Assembly (NCBI RefSeq): GCF_001949145.1 | Contig: NW_019091357.1 | Span: 1,182,671-1,246,670 of the forward strand | Direction of reading: 5' to 3' | DNA: 64,000 bases | Source of the DNA: Acanthaster planci | Lineage: Eukaryota | In this document: positions 1 through 13,475 of the stretch, one piece after another | Numbering within the stretch: position 1 is the first letter of the stretch | Layout: the number at the start of each line of letters is the position of its first letter | Position numbers and translations under genes: made by a program | The notes under the pieces: model-generated | Database searches by the model: none | Told to the model about the DNA's origin: nothing | Seen by the model: only the letters and a program-made list of their open reading frames with translations

Positions 1-870
1 GTTGCTATTCTTGGTGACACTTCTTGAGAAGGCTTTTGTCCCCACTCCTGAGGTTCCATCTTTCAGATGCACCTCACCCTCCGTGGAGTGCTGTACTCTC
101 GACATTTCGGAGTCGAGAACGGTCACAAAGTGCCTCCTCAACTTCAAGAGTTGCCGGAGCACCACCGAGTTCGCGATATAAGTGATAACAAGGATGCCCA
201 ACCCCAGCGTGAAAAATATGACGTTAAAACTGAAATCGAAGGCCGTGGCTTTGAATTGGAGGTCACCGGGTGCCAAGCAGTGGTACTCTCCTTGGATGTA
301 AATGTTGTACGCTCCGAATCCAAACACAGGCAGTAGGCTCAAGACCCCCGCCAATAGAAGAGACAACGTTAGCGTGAGGTACGTTTTACTGCGCGTAACG
401 TGCACGTGGTAGAAGAAAGGGGCGCCCAGCGCCAGGCACCTGTCGCAGCTCATCAATAAATTCACCAGCCCGGACGCCCAGGAGAAAAAAAGGTTGCTGG
501 CTAGGTCCAAGTTGCACTGTATCCAAGTGTCCCGGTATAGGGTCAAACAACAGCCTCGGATGAAGAAGAAAACTGTTGCGCTCGTGTCTGTAGCCAGCAG
601 GGCCCTCACCAGTATGCCAGGGATAGTTAGTTTGTGTTCTTTATTTTCCTTGGCACACTTGGCGGTTATGAAGACGGCCAAAGCATTGGCTAGGAGTCCG
701 ACGAAGAGCGTAATCACAATGACAGGTACGAAGATGCGTTCAGTAGCGGGCGACAGATCGAACTCGTCAGGGATATACATCTTTGTGGTACTGGGGAGGT
801 GTTGGATCGGTGTTGTTGTGAGGTTCAAGTGGACAGGTGCGATAGTCGATAGAACCGTGTCATTACCCAT
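1..870 (-). CDS. Rhodopsin-class GPCR, prostanoid (EP-type) receptor-like; N-terminus to ICL3, truncated at the window edge
   Basis: Open frame from ATG at 870 to base 1 (absent from the ORF track because it has no stop in the window): MGNDTVLS...VIVITLFVGLLANALAVFI...VRALLATD...LLMSCDRCLALGAPFFY...LSLLPVFGFGAY...ITYIANSVVLRQLLKLRRHF. Five TM segments; the DRC, PFFY, LPxxGFGxY and NxxV motifs resemble prostanoid receptors. Confidence 0.8.
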   Translation of the reverse strand, partial: MGNDTVLSTIAPVHLNLTTTPIQHLPSTTKMYIPDEFDLSPATERIFVPVIVITLFVGLLANALAVFITAKCAKENKEHKLTIPGILVRALLATDTSATVFFFIRGCCLTLYRDTWIQCNLDLASNLFFSWASGLVNLLMSCDRCLALGAPFFYHVHVTRSKTYLTLTLSLLLAGVLSLLPVFGFGAYNIYIQGEYHCLAPGDLQFKATAFDFSFNVIFFTLGLGILVITYIANSVVLRQLLKLRRHFVTVLDSEMSRVQHSTEGEVHLKDGTSGVGTKAFSRSVTKNSN

Positions 871-3800
871 GTCGTACCCACCTATACACCTGAGGATTAG
901 CACTTAAGATTCGGCACTGGCACCGTCAAACCTGAGCGCTGCGTGGTTTACCTCAACAGTCAAGTCATGGTCTTTACATCTCGTCGGAATGACGGAGTGC
1001 GGGTCGGGAGAAAAAACTGGAGTGTTCCCAGCCGGTTGGCGCTCCAGCTCTCTAGTGTTGATTCTCTGGGGTAATGATTAACGAGCATACATTTGAATAT
1101 GAGGATACATTTAACATTATTGACTAAGGTAAACTCGAGGGATATTACATTGTGCTTAACCAGTCTAGTGTAACGATTAAAAATATATATATATATGCTG
1201 GTGCATTATTAATGATTGAGGAAATATTTTTGCGAAACGTGCCTGCCGTGTTAGTCTGTGGTCGCGTACCCACAGCGGACTAGGAACATAACAAGCAACA
1301 GGCTTCGCGGGCCAGTAAAGGCTTTTATTCCGAGTAACGGAAAAATGAGCTGTACACCGCCAAAACGTGGAAAAAAAATCGGCTTTGTTTACAACAGACT
1401 TCACTTTAGGGTCAGTAAAAATTGAATTGTTACAAATCAACGTTAGATGCTAAGAAACAGATCAGCCTCCGTCCGCCAAAATAAATACCTCTCACGGATA
1501 GTTGAAATGGGGTGGAATTTGCTTTTCGAATAGTGCTAAAAAGTCTGAAGTAGTGACAAGAGACTTACCCGAAGCAGCCTGTGGCCCAAATGTTTGTGAT
1601 GTTGCCTTTCTACCTTTGATATTCTCAGGTTTTACCCGGTCGGTTGTTGATCCCCGACTGGAGGTTATCGTTTTGCTTCCTCTTCCAATCATTTAGTTTC
1701 CTTCTATCAGTCGGTGTGTTCACCCAAACTATACCGACAAAGGAGAAAGTCTAGCTTCGTCGAATTCTCATTTCCAGGCAAGATTTGAGGCCGTTAATAG
1801 TCCGTAACGCAAGCTGCTTGTAGTTCTTCACCAAAACCATCCAGATTTGTTTGCCCAATGCGGTGTCAGGTTTATCTTCGCTGCGCTAATTTTCCCGCGG
1901 TCTATATTGACAACCAGCCCGGGCCAAGTATTCTACAAACTGCACGCTGATTTATCGCCAAGACACCGTACACGCGTGTTGCATTACCGCAACAACTCTG
2001 ACCAATCAGAAGCTTTCTGAGTGCATAGCTGCATCGTTACCGTGTATAGGTTTGCAAACAGCCGTCGAAGACCATTGATTCCCGTTTTGTTTTTTACTGG
2101 CGCGCGAACGTCGGGTGTGAGCCCTTTTACATTTTTTTGAAAAGAAAAGTTAGTTGTGAAAGCCTGAAATTATTTCAATTGCAAGTCTATCTTGCGTTTG
2201 TTCTCACACCAAGTTTATTGTCAACCTGTGAAGGAAAACTCACTTAACTGAAGGTCTGTAATATTTTTTTTACAAAGTCGAACCACAAAACTCGGTAAAA
2301 AGCCTGCCCCATTCTGATAGAGTCCACCTCTCTAAAGAAGCGCCGCCGGCCGATGGGCCGACAACGAAGTCCTGCTGCATGTGCGTCACAGCGACGTCAC
2401 GCCAACCAACCCTGCTAACACAAAGACAGTTTGCTTGTGAACAATTAATTTCAATTTACCCTTTGGATTTTTGTTTTGCGCTGTTTGAGCTCCCTGTGTA
2501 AACTTTTACGCACAAAGCTAATCAAATTAGCTTTGCCGACTTATCACAAGGGATAGAGGAAGACGAAAGGGACGTAAGGAATAATGGACGATATTTATTC
2601 CTAGGTCCCTCTGCTCACAAAGTGACCTTTCTCGGAGCGATGCCGGACGGAAAGGTCTCTTTAAACTTAATTCATATTTATCTAAATCAACTTTTTGAAA
2701 TCCCTTGAAAATTCCCGCGCTTGCTTCATTTTTATTGATCTGATTAGCGTCAAAATGTTGCCAGCAAAATTACACGCCGGTCTTGTAGTCAAGTGACTAC
2801 AATGCGTGCCTGCTATAACCAAAACTCGGTGTATAGTAATCTAGCATTTACCGCGTTGTATATGAACTGGTTGGCTGGATCAGAAACGAGGGCATGTTTG
2901 GAACAACAGCGCGCGATGATATCGATCATATCCTGAAATTTACTGGATTGTTGAAAAAAGACCATTTGTGACTTGATGCTTTGTGCAGATCCGTCTAATG
3001 ACGGAGTAGGTGGTTGAGCGCTCGTATTGCTGAATAGAATACGTTCCTCGGTATGCTAACGCGTTATAAGTTCGTGTACACCAAGCGTTTGAGCATTTAC
3101 ATCATCGGTGTAATATTTTGAATGCTGTAACACTACCATTGCAGCGCCGTTTACGTTGTGCCGCAAGATGTGTGATTCTAACTACGAAAACGCTGCAAGC
3201 AAATCATTGCCACTATTGCATGTATTTTTCCCGAGTAGCTTGGCCGCCTCTTAATTCGATAGTCCGCGGTAGAGAGAGCTTGGGCGAGGTCGAAGCTGTT
3301 AACTGTGTGTTAAATTGGCTTTCGCTTCAAAACTGTAAGTCTGCAATAGGGCGCAGCGTGTTTGAGCATAGCACTGCGCGTGAATTTCGTTGAAGGAAAA
3401 GTATGGGCCGACTTGCTTAATGATGAAAACGCCAAAAGGATTTTGAACAAAAATGAGGGAATTTTGACTTAACAGTGTGACAGGTGTAAGTCCTGCGGCT
3501 CTCTCGAAAAACGTAGGAATCATAATTTCAAGATCAATGAAGAGGTTGGCCTATTGCTTTCAGAGCTTGAAAAAAATCCATTCTAAAGTTTCGATTTATA
3601 AATGCGGAAATATAACAGAATCAGTTCTAAGAAGTTTCATATTTCTCCCGAGAGCATTGCATTGCTTGAAGCTTACTCGTCGTGTCGTATTCGCCATGAC
3701 GAGATGTTTTTCCACTTAATTCCTAAAACAAATTCCACCGATGTTAGAGGTGACCTTTTAAAAGCCTTATCCAAAACAAATACTAAAAAATAAGTCTCCG

Positions 3801-4448
3801 GAAATTTAAGTGTTAAAAATTGCTTGCAAAGTAGGTCTGCAGCTTGTGCCGCGTCATTCTCCCTTTTTTATCGCTGTCGCAATCACATGTAACACTCTTC
3901 AACCGCAGTGATTAACGACAACAAGTAAGACATTTCGATTCAAAACCATTTCTGATTTCAGAGTGGAGACTCCGTTCTGGCTAGAAAAAAGTCATTATGT
4001 TAATTCAGGCTTGCCGCTACTAGGTAGGACTTTGGAACACAAGTTTTTTATAATATGCGTGTCGACGTGTATGTCTCGGTTCAACCGGTAGGCCTAGTCT
4101 GTTTGGGAACATCGGGCCATTTTGGTACCATAGAAAAAGAAAATCAGTATTATTCTGTTTGACTTGAAAAGTTTATCATACTTGTCATCAGAAAATGGAA
4201 TTAAGAGTTTACTTGGTCTGGAAAAAGCAAATGAAGTTCATGGGCAACATTATTTCTCCAGAGATATCGACCGAAAACTTGATGGGAAGTATACGAGCTG
4301 GCATAGGCATTGGTTGGTATATTGGTATCCACTCAATCAATGAACACTTTGATGCAGAAGAGCGCATGCGCGCTGACTTAAACAATTTTGCGCTTCTATT
4401 GAGGTCGAATATTTATATATTACTTCCAAACACCACTAAGTAAGGAGA

Positions 4449-5037
4449 GCGCGTTGGCCTAGTGGTAAGGCAGTCTGACGCTCAAGCCGAAGGTGCTGGG
4501 TTCGAATCCCAGACCTGCCGTGTAGGGTGGGAGTTTTGCTTTTGCAGGGGTTTTTAAACCTCTAAAAAAAGAGTAAAATTCCATTTTATTTTATTTTATT
4601 TTATCTAGTTAGCTAGACGACCGCCACGGATCTCCGACCGAAGGCCGGTTCCCTCCACCGGGCATCTCTGCCCGGGGCGGGACTCGAACCTGGGTCGTTT
4701 CGTTCCACAGCCGAGACCTCTACCGGCTACCCAATCTGGGTCCCCAGAAAGAAACGCTGTTTTCATATATTTATCTAAAAGACTGTGTTAAATGATCGAA
4801 AAGCAAAAACGTTGACTTGCCCCGGATTCGAACTCAGCTCCGTTGAACAGAAACTCCGCACCTTACCTCCAGGCCACCGGCATGTCTGAGAATGACTCTC
4901 AAACTTTATATATATCAGGTATAGATCTGTTGTTAGTATTAAACCCCAAGATAAAACCTCGGGGACGTCTGCCTCGGACTCGAACACGCAATCTTTGGGT
5001 TTCAGAGCATCTACGAAGAGGTTACTCATAGCCCACA
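4449..5037. repeat. Cluster of four degenerate tRNA-like (Pol III A/B box) modules
   Basis: On +: TGGCCTAGTGG (4455) with GGTTCGAATCC (4499). On -: B boxes at 4680-4690, 4824-4835 and 4976-4987. Acceptor stems are poor, so these are not called functional tRNAs. Confidence 0.6.
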
Positions 5038-6063
5038 GATGATTATACAGTCTGATCTTAGGGAAGTAAAAACCGAGATAAGGCGCTAGCACAGTACTGC
5101 CCACGGTGCAAGGAGGTTTACCGCCTTTTGATCCAGTGGAAGCAAATACACGACAGAAGAATAACCTTTCTATCCTGTTAACAGTTTTTAGGTATTTGGA
5201 AAAGCAGCAATAAAAAGCAATAAAAATCTGAAATATTCCGGATCGATGAGAGACTTTATATACCATGGGTTCTCGTCTTCATCCTACTGTCTATTTACGT
5301 TTGTAAATCTTACGGTTTCACTTTGATTGTAAATATGTTCGATTTCTTCTTGAACGGTATGAGTTTCCTTTTTGGTGAGTTCCATTTTTTTAATGGGGTT
5401 TGAATCTTTTGCTTTTCAAATTCCAGCCCCATAGAAAAGTTCAGATTTTTATCAGCTAGAATGAACAAACGATTATTTCCGTTGATGAAATTTCCTTCTT
5501 TTTCTTAAGTGTTTTTGTCCGCAGGGCCCAAAGATTGATGTCTCAAATACAGTAACACTTCCAACAAGACTGTTCAATTTTAGATCTATCATTTACAAAC
5601 ATCAGGCATCCAAATTAGCCGTAAGTGGGCCCGCAACAGCAACACGTTTTTAAATAGATTCAGTGTCAACTGCATTACAGGTCAAATCTATAGGCCGTGT
5701 TGGTAGGAGGGCAGGTGGATGAGAAATCGGTATCTCCACCGTAGGGTTTCAGCTTGGTTACTATCTTGGACGGATCAGCTCTATTTGAGCTCCACATCGC
5801 AGGAAAGTGGCATCGAAGTCCTACACCGTCAAGGATTCAGACAAAAGACTGCGATTTAACACAAAGACAACAACCGCTAGATAAATCTTGGGACAAGAAT
5901 TCACCTTAAGGTCACTCGATTCATCTGTCGCGTTGGCTACCCCAGAATCAGGGTAACGTAATTACTGAATAACCCATCGGACAAAAAAATTTTCATTAAT
6001 GATTTTCGATTGCTGTTGGTAAACATACGACCATAATTCACACTGTCCCAAGCCGCGTAATTA

Positions 6064-6403
6064 GGCTAATGAAATTAGATCTATTGTTTCTCGTCAGTGC
6101 CCGCATGTGATTTTGGCCCCTTACCAAAAATTTTCGTTATTCATATTTGAGAAAAAAAAAGACGAAACTTGACGGAAAATTTAACTCCAAACAATGGAAA
6201 GTTACGTTCCGGCAATCCCAGACTTCAGAACACAAAAAAATCTGGAGCCCGACTGCCCGTGGGCACGTTGCTATTTATGCATGCGAAATGGTATTATTTT
6301 TCCCATGACAGAAAAATAAGGAATAATGAGTAATTAAAAAAGAAATCGCATCTACATCTGAAAAAAAACCGGACGAGGAACAATAAATCAAATTTCATTG
6401 GCC
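6064..6403. mobile_element. MITE, possibly PIF/Harbinger-like
   Basis: ~30-bp imperfect TIRs GGCTAATGAAATTAGATCTATTGTTTCTCGTC / GACGAGGAACAATAAATCAAATTTCATTGGCC, flanked by TTA and TCA. Confidence 0.65.
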
Positions 6404-8399
6404 TCATGTGGGGAGAATCAATTAATGCAAGGTTTCTAGTCTACCGTGGTACCGTTCTCAAAGTGTCCTTTTATCCCTATCATGGCAATAGCATGGACCC
6501 AGCACTGCTAACTGGGCAAGGCCCTGTAATTATGGTCCACTTACTGCTAGGTAATTCTGTCCTTCTATTGGAAATTGACTGGCATCACATTGACGTCATG
6601 TCAGGTATTTTCATGTAATCTTCAGGCCTTGCTATGGCAATGTAGGGAGACACGTTCCACCGAGCCCCCATACAGAAAGCGTACAACAAAAGCACCAACT
6701 CATGTTTAAGGTTGGCTTCGTAAATGAATTAAGAGTAGAGGAAATGGAGTGCCTTCAGGACAAAAAAATCCATTTTTCAAACATTTTCCACCAATGTTAT
6801 TTCAAGTTTTCAACAATTCCTCAAAGCTGAACTTTTTTGTAAGTCTTTCTCAAATACTGCTAAAATTTCCACCTACATTTTTTTCTGACATAATTCAGTT
6901 CTGTTGCTTGTGTTTTCATAATACCAACCTCGAAAAACAGACTTTAAGGAAATGCTCCTTTTGGCATTCAGCAAATCCTCCCGTCAGGATGACCTACGAC
7001 CCTCAACTGACAGCCTTATTTTTGTATCCATTACACATGTACCTACATGTAAATCCTTTCACATTTTACCTTTCTCTGTTTGCGGATTTGAAGAAGTAAC
7101 CCAAACCCAACAAAAATGGCCAGTCTTAAGCCTGTTAGTTTATCTTTTACAAAATTTGAAGCATATTGGGGTATGAGTATGGACATTCATTCAAAGTTAC
7201 ATCAACAACTATTTACATTCAGGTGGACAGTAAACATAAACACGTGCATAACTTAACATATAGCTTGGGTAGTAACTCGGAGACGTAACTGTCGTAAGAG
7301 TGAAAATAAATGAAAAAACACCACAATTCAAATATGAATTAAACAGAAGACAAAAAGTGACGCTTCCATTTGTGAATGCTTTGGGAAAAATTAAATCCAA
7401 AGCAAGTTGTTTTTGAACTTGGGAAATTTTTTATTTGGGTCATGAAAACAAAAAATGTTGGCCACATGTTTTTAAGAAATTCCACAAAGTTTTGAGTCTA
7501 GTCCATGCAATCCCTACTCCAAGTTCCGACTCCTTGACGAGCTCAAGCAATTTATGACACCTTTATGGATTTGTATGAATTCCTCTTCATCGTGAACAAC
7601 TGGGCTGAGAAAATTCAGCAGAAAATATGCCATCTCATACTTTCTGAAGAGAACGAACTAACAAGGGGGCAGGGAGATTTCTCTCTGTGTTCAGCCTTGG
7701 TTTATAGTTTATAAATCAGGATTTCACCAAATCATTATTTGGTCCTCATGTTGATAAGACTCACAGATTCAGGAATGATAAGAAGCATTTATGACAAGGA
7801 ATTCTGTTCGAAATTTGGGGGTTTTTTTCAGAGTGGGGGGGTGTCAGCTGTTTTTTCCCAGTCATTACCAAGTCCATTGCTTCCTGAGAGGCTATGTCAG
7901 CCGGACTAATTACTGTTCGGCTTTGGTTCAAATCACAAGTTTGACGTGTCTGTTGTGCAATTTCTCTTAATAAAACAAAGGACCTGTCATGAAATGTCTA
8001 ATTGCCAAGCTGACTTGGCAAGTTTGGATTTCACTGCTTTGCGCTTTGTCCATGACAGTTACCAACAAGGATGCTGCAGATACATCGCAGCAATGATTAA
8101 TACCATCTTGCATGAAGAAAGGAACACCCACTTCCCTCATCTGACCTCCTTTGACCTACCCCCCCCCAAATTACCTCAATATTAAAACCTTTCTTCTGCT
8201 CCCTGTCTCCTGCTGTCAGTCTCTCAGAGAGAACTTGCTGGAAAGTCTTGAAGAACTAAAAAAAAAACAGAAGATTAAGACGGACAGTCGGTGCTGAGAA
8301 TCTCCATGGCTGTCGGTGATGGCAATTACCACGGGAACACATCCTCCTGGCTGCCATGGTAACCAAGGGTTGTAATGTCAGGCAGTGGATTTTGCCAGT

Positions 8400-11300
8400 T
8401 TATCTCTTCCTGTTCCTGGGCCGTAGCTCCTCCATGGCATGCCCTCTCAGGAAGATGTAGTTCTTTTTCTGAGGATTGTAGAATTCATGGCCCTGAAAGT
8501 GGAGAGGAATCAAGCGAAAACTTACAAGTTGATGAGTCTCTCTGTTGTGAGGTTCTCAGAACAAAACCGCAGTGTTACTTATTTTCTGGTAAGGTTGTAG
8601 ACCGACAACTTAAAGATGGTTCAAAGTACCTTTTCAACAGTACCAATTTTTTTGGGGGGGTCCTATATATTTTAGTATTCGTTGTCAAAATTGGAACACA
8701 AAACAACAATACATGTACAGCTCTTTAATAAATCATACAATCATCAAAAGCAACTTGGTAGGGATAAATTTTTACCTATGAACAAGAGAGGGCGCCCTGT
8801 AACATAACAATGACTGCATCTCACTGGGCACAGACCACTTTTCCTGCTGTCACAAATGATTTCATGCATGGACATCTAAAGTGAAGCAACGTGATTCATT
8901 TTGTTTCATATTCACGGCAGTCAATATCTGCATACTGACCTTTGACCAGTCGTAGCTGACTGCGTAGGCAAATATATTGCCCTTGGCGTCAAATGTGCAG
9001 GCAGTGATGGGGTTCTCCATTTCTTCTGACGTCTTCAGCTTTGTCCGGGCGTCCTTGTCCCAGAAACTGAACTTGCCGTTGGAGCCAGCAGTGGCAAGCG
9101 TGCCATGCTCCGGGTGAAAGGCTATGGAGTTGACCTGGGAATGGGGTCAAAGGGCACAGAGGTAGGAGAGTTTTCAAGGTACACATGCCACAACCAACCA
9201 CCCTAGCCCATTATCCAAATCTTGACTTTGTCTTCATCGCTGCCTTCGATTTCAGAAATCCAGTCCCCTGATTTGCAGTGATACAGATCAATGCAGCTGC
9301 CATTTCCTCCTGGCAAAACATCCAGTCACCAAACATTAGGCTAAGTGGCAGAGGTCAGGGTACCAGTCTACAAAAGCATTAGACTGGATACCCTGTCCCG
9401 GTGGGATAGACTAACGGCACGAGCAGCGTTAGCAGCAGCTGTAGAAGATAGCAGAATCAGTTGGCTTCATAGAGATCACAAGTAGAACTAGAGGTCTGAC
9501 CTGCGAGAATGGAGGTTGGAACCTGGCAAACGCCTATGCATACATATGAAATGTTCACAATCACAGTGGGTCGTGATACATATCTGAAAAGCTTCATGCG
9601 CCTAGACGACTGTGGCCTAGACTACATCAGTGCATAAAGGCTTGCGAGCAATTGCACAACATCGCCCTGTTCTGGGAACAACTTCACCCGTCACCGCTAG
9701 CTGACACCGTTATTACCTCTATGGATGGCTCAGTAGAGCACTAACAGCGCCCTCTGTTGCCTAGAATCTCGGGTCTACAGGCACACGATACACCATTTCA
9801 CACAGGGACATCACAAAAAGATCAGTGCAACTTACAGCGTAGATGTCTTGATAGGAAGAGTAAGAGGAGGTGCCGTTGGATCGGTGGCACTTGAATGTGA
9901 AGTTGTCTTTGCTGCAAAATACAACCAATAGGGCTGTGCCAAATATCTGAATATTCCATCAATTGTTGAATATTCAAATATTATTTTCTGAATTTGAATA
10001 TTCGAAGGGAACATTTCCTTTTGCTTTAAATGAAAAAACGTGACCACGGAGGCTTGTTTCAAGGAGATTTAAATGAAAGTGACAGAAATCTATCAACGAT
10101 TCAAAAAGTAAATTATTCATTCAACAATTTAAATGGAATAGAAATTTTCAACTGGACAAGAAGTATTGTTCATCTCTTAAAATCTTGCTAAATCGTGGCT
10201 GGGGATACCCCTAGATATGAGAAGCTACTATATTGATCATTATGTACAATTGTGTGTGTTATTGCAACTGATTTTGTACATGGTTTGTTCATTAACAATC
10301 TGCTGGTCAGTACAACCGAATATTCGGATATTCGATGGAATTGAAGGTCAAATATTCGAATAGTGAATTATTCGAACTGACTTAGCCCTAACAACCAAAA
10401 GTTTTACGATGATGATCTCCAAACTTCTAAGCATTTTTCAATATCTTAAAATTTTTCCTTGAAAAGTCACAGAATGTACCACAAATACAAACATTTCCTA
10501 CAAATCATGTTGTCGAGAAGAAAAAGCTTTGTTTTCTATCTAGAGCTGCGACTCATCAGAAGGGCCTCTATAAACTTCTGTTTGAAAATCCTGACTTACG
10601 GAGTTGCAGCGGGTTCAAACTGGATGGCGCATCGGCCTTCTATGCTCCCTAAGGCATAGCCAGCTGGACCAGTCTTCTTGGTGTCTTGAAATATTGCTAC
10701 ACATCGATGCTGAGATCAGAGAAACAAATAAAACAATTTCAGCGATGCTCAGTAACAAAAAGATATATCATATCAGGGTTCCCATGGCCAGGAAAAGTCC
10801 AGTCAGGGAAATTTGGTTTTGTTTTCCCGGCCTGGAAAAGTCAAAAATTCTGTAAAAATGACTCTAAAGTCATGGAAAACTCATGGAATTTTTCAAACAT
10901 TGTATGTGACTTCCATTATCAGATATAAGTGCATAAAATGCGTGTTTTTATTCGCAACTTTAACAGTTAAAATAGTGCAAAAAAATTACGTTTTGGGGTC
11001 ACGGATTTTTATAATTTGGTCATGGGAAAAGTCACGGAATTATCCAACATTTGTCCTTTAGATGCACGAACTCTTTCATATCCAAATCAAGTTTTTTCCA
11101 TTTTGAAATTATTCAAGTGCTCTGCAGTTGGAGTTATTTCCTACCTGGAATTTCAGCGGAGAGTCCTGATTTATTTTCACCTCCTGTGGACCGCTTTCCA
11201 GTCGATATAAGTTGATCTTCTTGCCGGCAAGGCCGACCACAGCCAAAGGGTAGACCTATCAGAAGTAAGTTTATTTGGCAGATCGTCACTCTCCAGGTAT

Positions 11301-13475
11301 GTTATCTTAGCACCCTTTGAATCTACCAATATCCTACAATGTGCAGGCACCTAGTAGAGCCTTCTGCTTCGGCCTGCTGTGTATTTCTCCATTTATCTTA
11401 ACCCTACAAAATCTAGCAGATTTTAAACACAAAATAGGTGTCTGCAAAATAGCAGACACCTTTCCCAAAATACCAATGCTCACTTTTTATTCTCAGACGA
11501 TTTCGACGACAAAGTTTCTCCAGATTATTGCTGTTTTGCTCATGAACATGCAAAGTTATATAAGCATTAAAAAAAACCAAGTCCGTGAGAAAACATTGCC
11601 GTGGTAGTGGAAAAACTGCAACTGAAGTCAACTGGATAAAATACTCCTGAGTAACGACTCACCACATCAGCACAGTAGCATCGCTCACTGAGCTGGATAT
11701 TTGCCATCGGGGTTGACGATCTGGTGTCCCAAAACTGCAGAGAAATGGTACCATAACGCTCATGCATCATTGTGGAAACAAAAATCAGTCAGGCCTGAAA
11801 GGAGCGAGAATGGAGTTTTGAAGTCAAGCTTCACAGATTTGTTTCTGCTGAATATACAAGCAGCCTGTTCCGTGGATTTCTTTGATGGGCCATTCTGGGA
11901 CAGTGCTGTCAACTAATTTGCTCGTTCCTTAAAACTTTTCAACTTCGTCTGGCCAAAATACAGGCTAGTTGCTGTGTTTAACTGTTAACCTTGGTAATCC
12001 ACACGTTGTATCTCAGTACCACACACACAAGTTTCTCAGGGGAACACAGCCCGTGTTTAATCCAAGGTAACCTGTCATTCTACAGCATTTCATGGCAATA
12101 TCTCTTCCTAAAGCAGTGATGGTCAACGTCTCCCACCACTTTAGAAACAAGACAGAGTCTTGACTTTACCTTGAGTGTTCTATCCCAGCTTCCAGTCATA
12201 ATGCAGGAATAGTTAGGGGACTTGATGTAGTGGATTGTCTTGATGGGTGCATCATGCTACAAAGACACAGCAGAGACAAACCCTTTCACATTGCTTATGA
12301 TTGCCAAATCACTACTACAACGTGTTAACTGCTCCTTGACAACGAATAGAAATGTTATGAGCAAATGTTTCCACCGACCTGCGCGACTTGGATGGCCTGG
12401 TTACTGTTTAAATCCCACATCTTCGCTGTTTTGTCACAAGATGCCGAAAAGACCTTTGTCCCGTCCTAAAATAGAAGAACATTAAAATGCCCTTATTTCT
12501 TTTCATGGGTTGGTCAAAGAGCGCCCTCTATCATTCCTGCACAAAGTCTATAGACATGTACATACATCATTCCAGCAGACATCCAGAACCGGTCCCTGGT
12601 GGGTCTGCTGTGCCTTGGGTACGGTGGCCCCAGTACTCTGAACCTCCCAACACCGCACCTGCAAACAAATGATGGCGTAAATAAACCAAACAGATAGTTA
12701 GGCCATTTCCAAATCTTGCGTCTGGGGCTGAATCAACATGAAAGTCTACACTGGTCATAGACACACGGGACACATACCGACAATTGATGGAATTGCAGTT
12801 CTGAGTGCCTCGGTCCAAATAGAACCTCACTTAGTCACCTTACAGTACATGTACATGTACAACCACATTTAAGACTGCTTCACGCAATGAGGGATGATTT
12901 TCATAGTAGGTGAGGATCAGCTGTGAGACCATCAGACATTGATGGACTGATCCACTAAGCCCCACCCCATTGTGTTCTGACCAAGATTCAGGCATTCCCC
13001 CCCCCCAAAGTCAAAAAGTAGGGGGCTACTGGCCCCTGCCCCTCCACTTCTGATGCCAGTGGCTTCATCTCTCTGACGACATGCACAAGGTATTGCTTAA
13101 CAGAGAAATTTGTAAACCCTGTATGCTGTGAACCAAAGAGTCTGCCTGATAATTTCAGTCCAGACGAAGACCAGCAATTGGACAGGGGCAGTGTGATCAC
13201 TGACTGGCTCAATGCATTAAAATGGCGAAGGATAGTTGGACAATAGGCTTGCAATCCAAGGTCCTACTCACGTTGTTGTCCCACGACCCAGCAATCAGAA
13301 ATGTTGTGGGTAGGGTGTCCGGACTGAAGGCCAGTGAGCTGATGCTGTCGTCAGGTGGACTGGTGACCTCAAAGTCTTTCATGGGATTGTGGGAACCGCC
13401 CGGCGCCCCCGTGGTTTGACCGAATAAGCCCGAGCCACCGGTGGCCCCACCCAATCCTGCGCTTGTTCCGAACAT
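8400..13475 (-). CDS. RAE1: mRNA export factor RAE1 (WD40), 10 coding exons, ~375 aa
   Basis: Exons 13475-13272, 12658-12566, 12465-12379, 12256-12170, 11734-11663, 11255-11145, 10709-10600, 9911-9836, 9134-8940, 8492-8400, all GT-AG and in phase. Motifs [58 protein letters not shown]. Confidence 0.97.
9929..10390. mobile_element. hAT-type MITE in a RAE1 intron
   Basis: Ends TAGGGCT / AGCCCTA, perfect 8-bp TSD ACAACCAA (9921-9928 and 10391-10398), subterminal GAATATTCG repeats. Confidence 0.85.
10774..11075. mobile_element. Degenerate CAGGGTTC-type MITE in a RAE1 intron
   Basis: Ends CAGGGTTC / GAACTCT, repeated GTCA(T/C)GGAA units, imperfect flanking duplication (TA)TCATAT. Confidence 0.5.

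Noticed and set aside
67..907. Plus-strand ORFs of 89 and 137 aa
   Set aside because: Antisense shadows of the GPCR coding frame.
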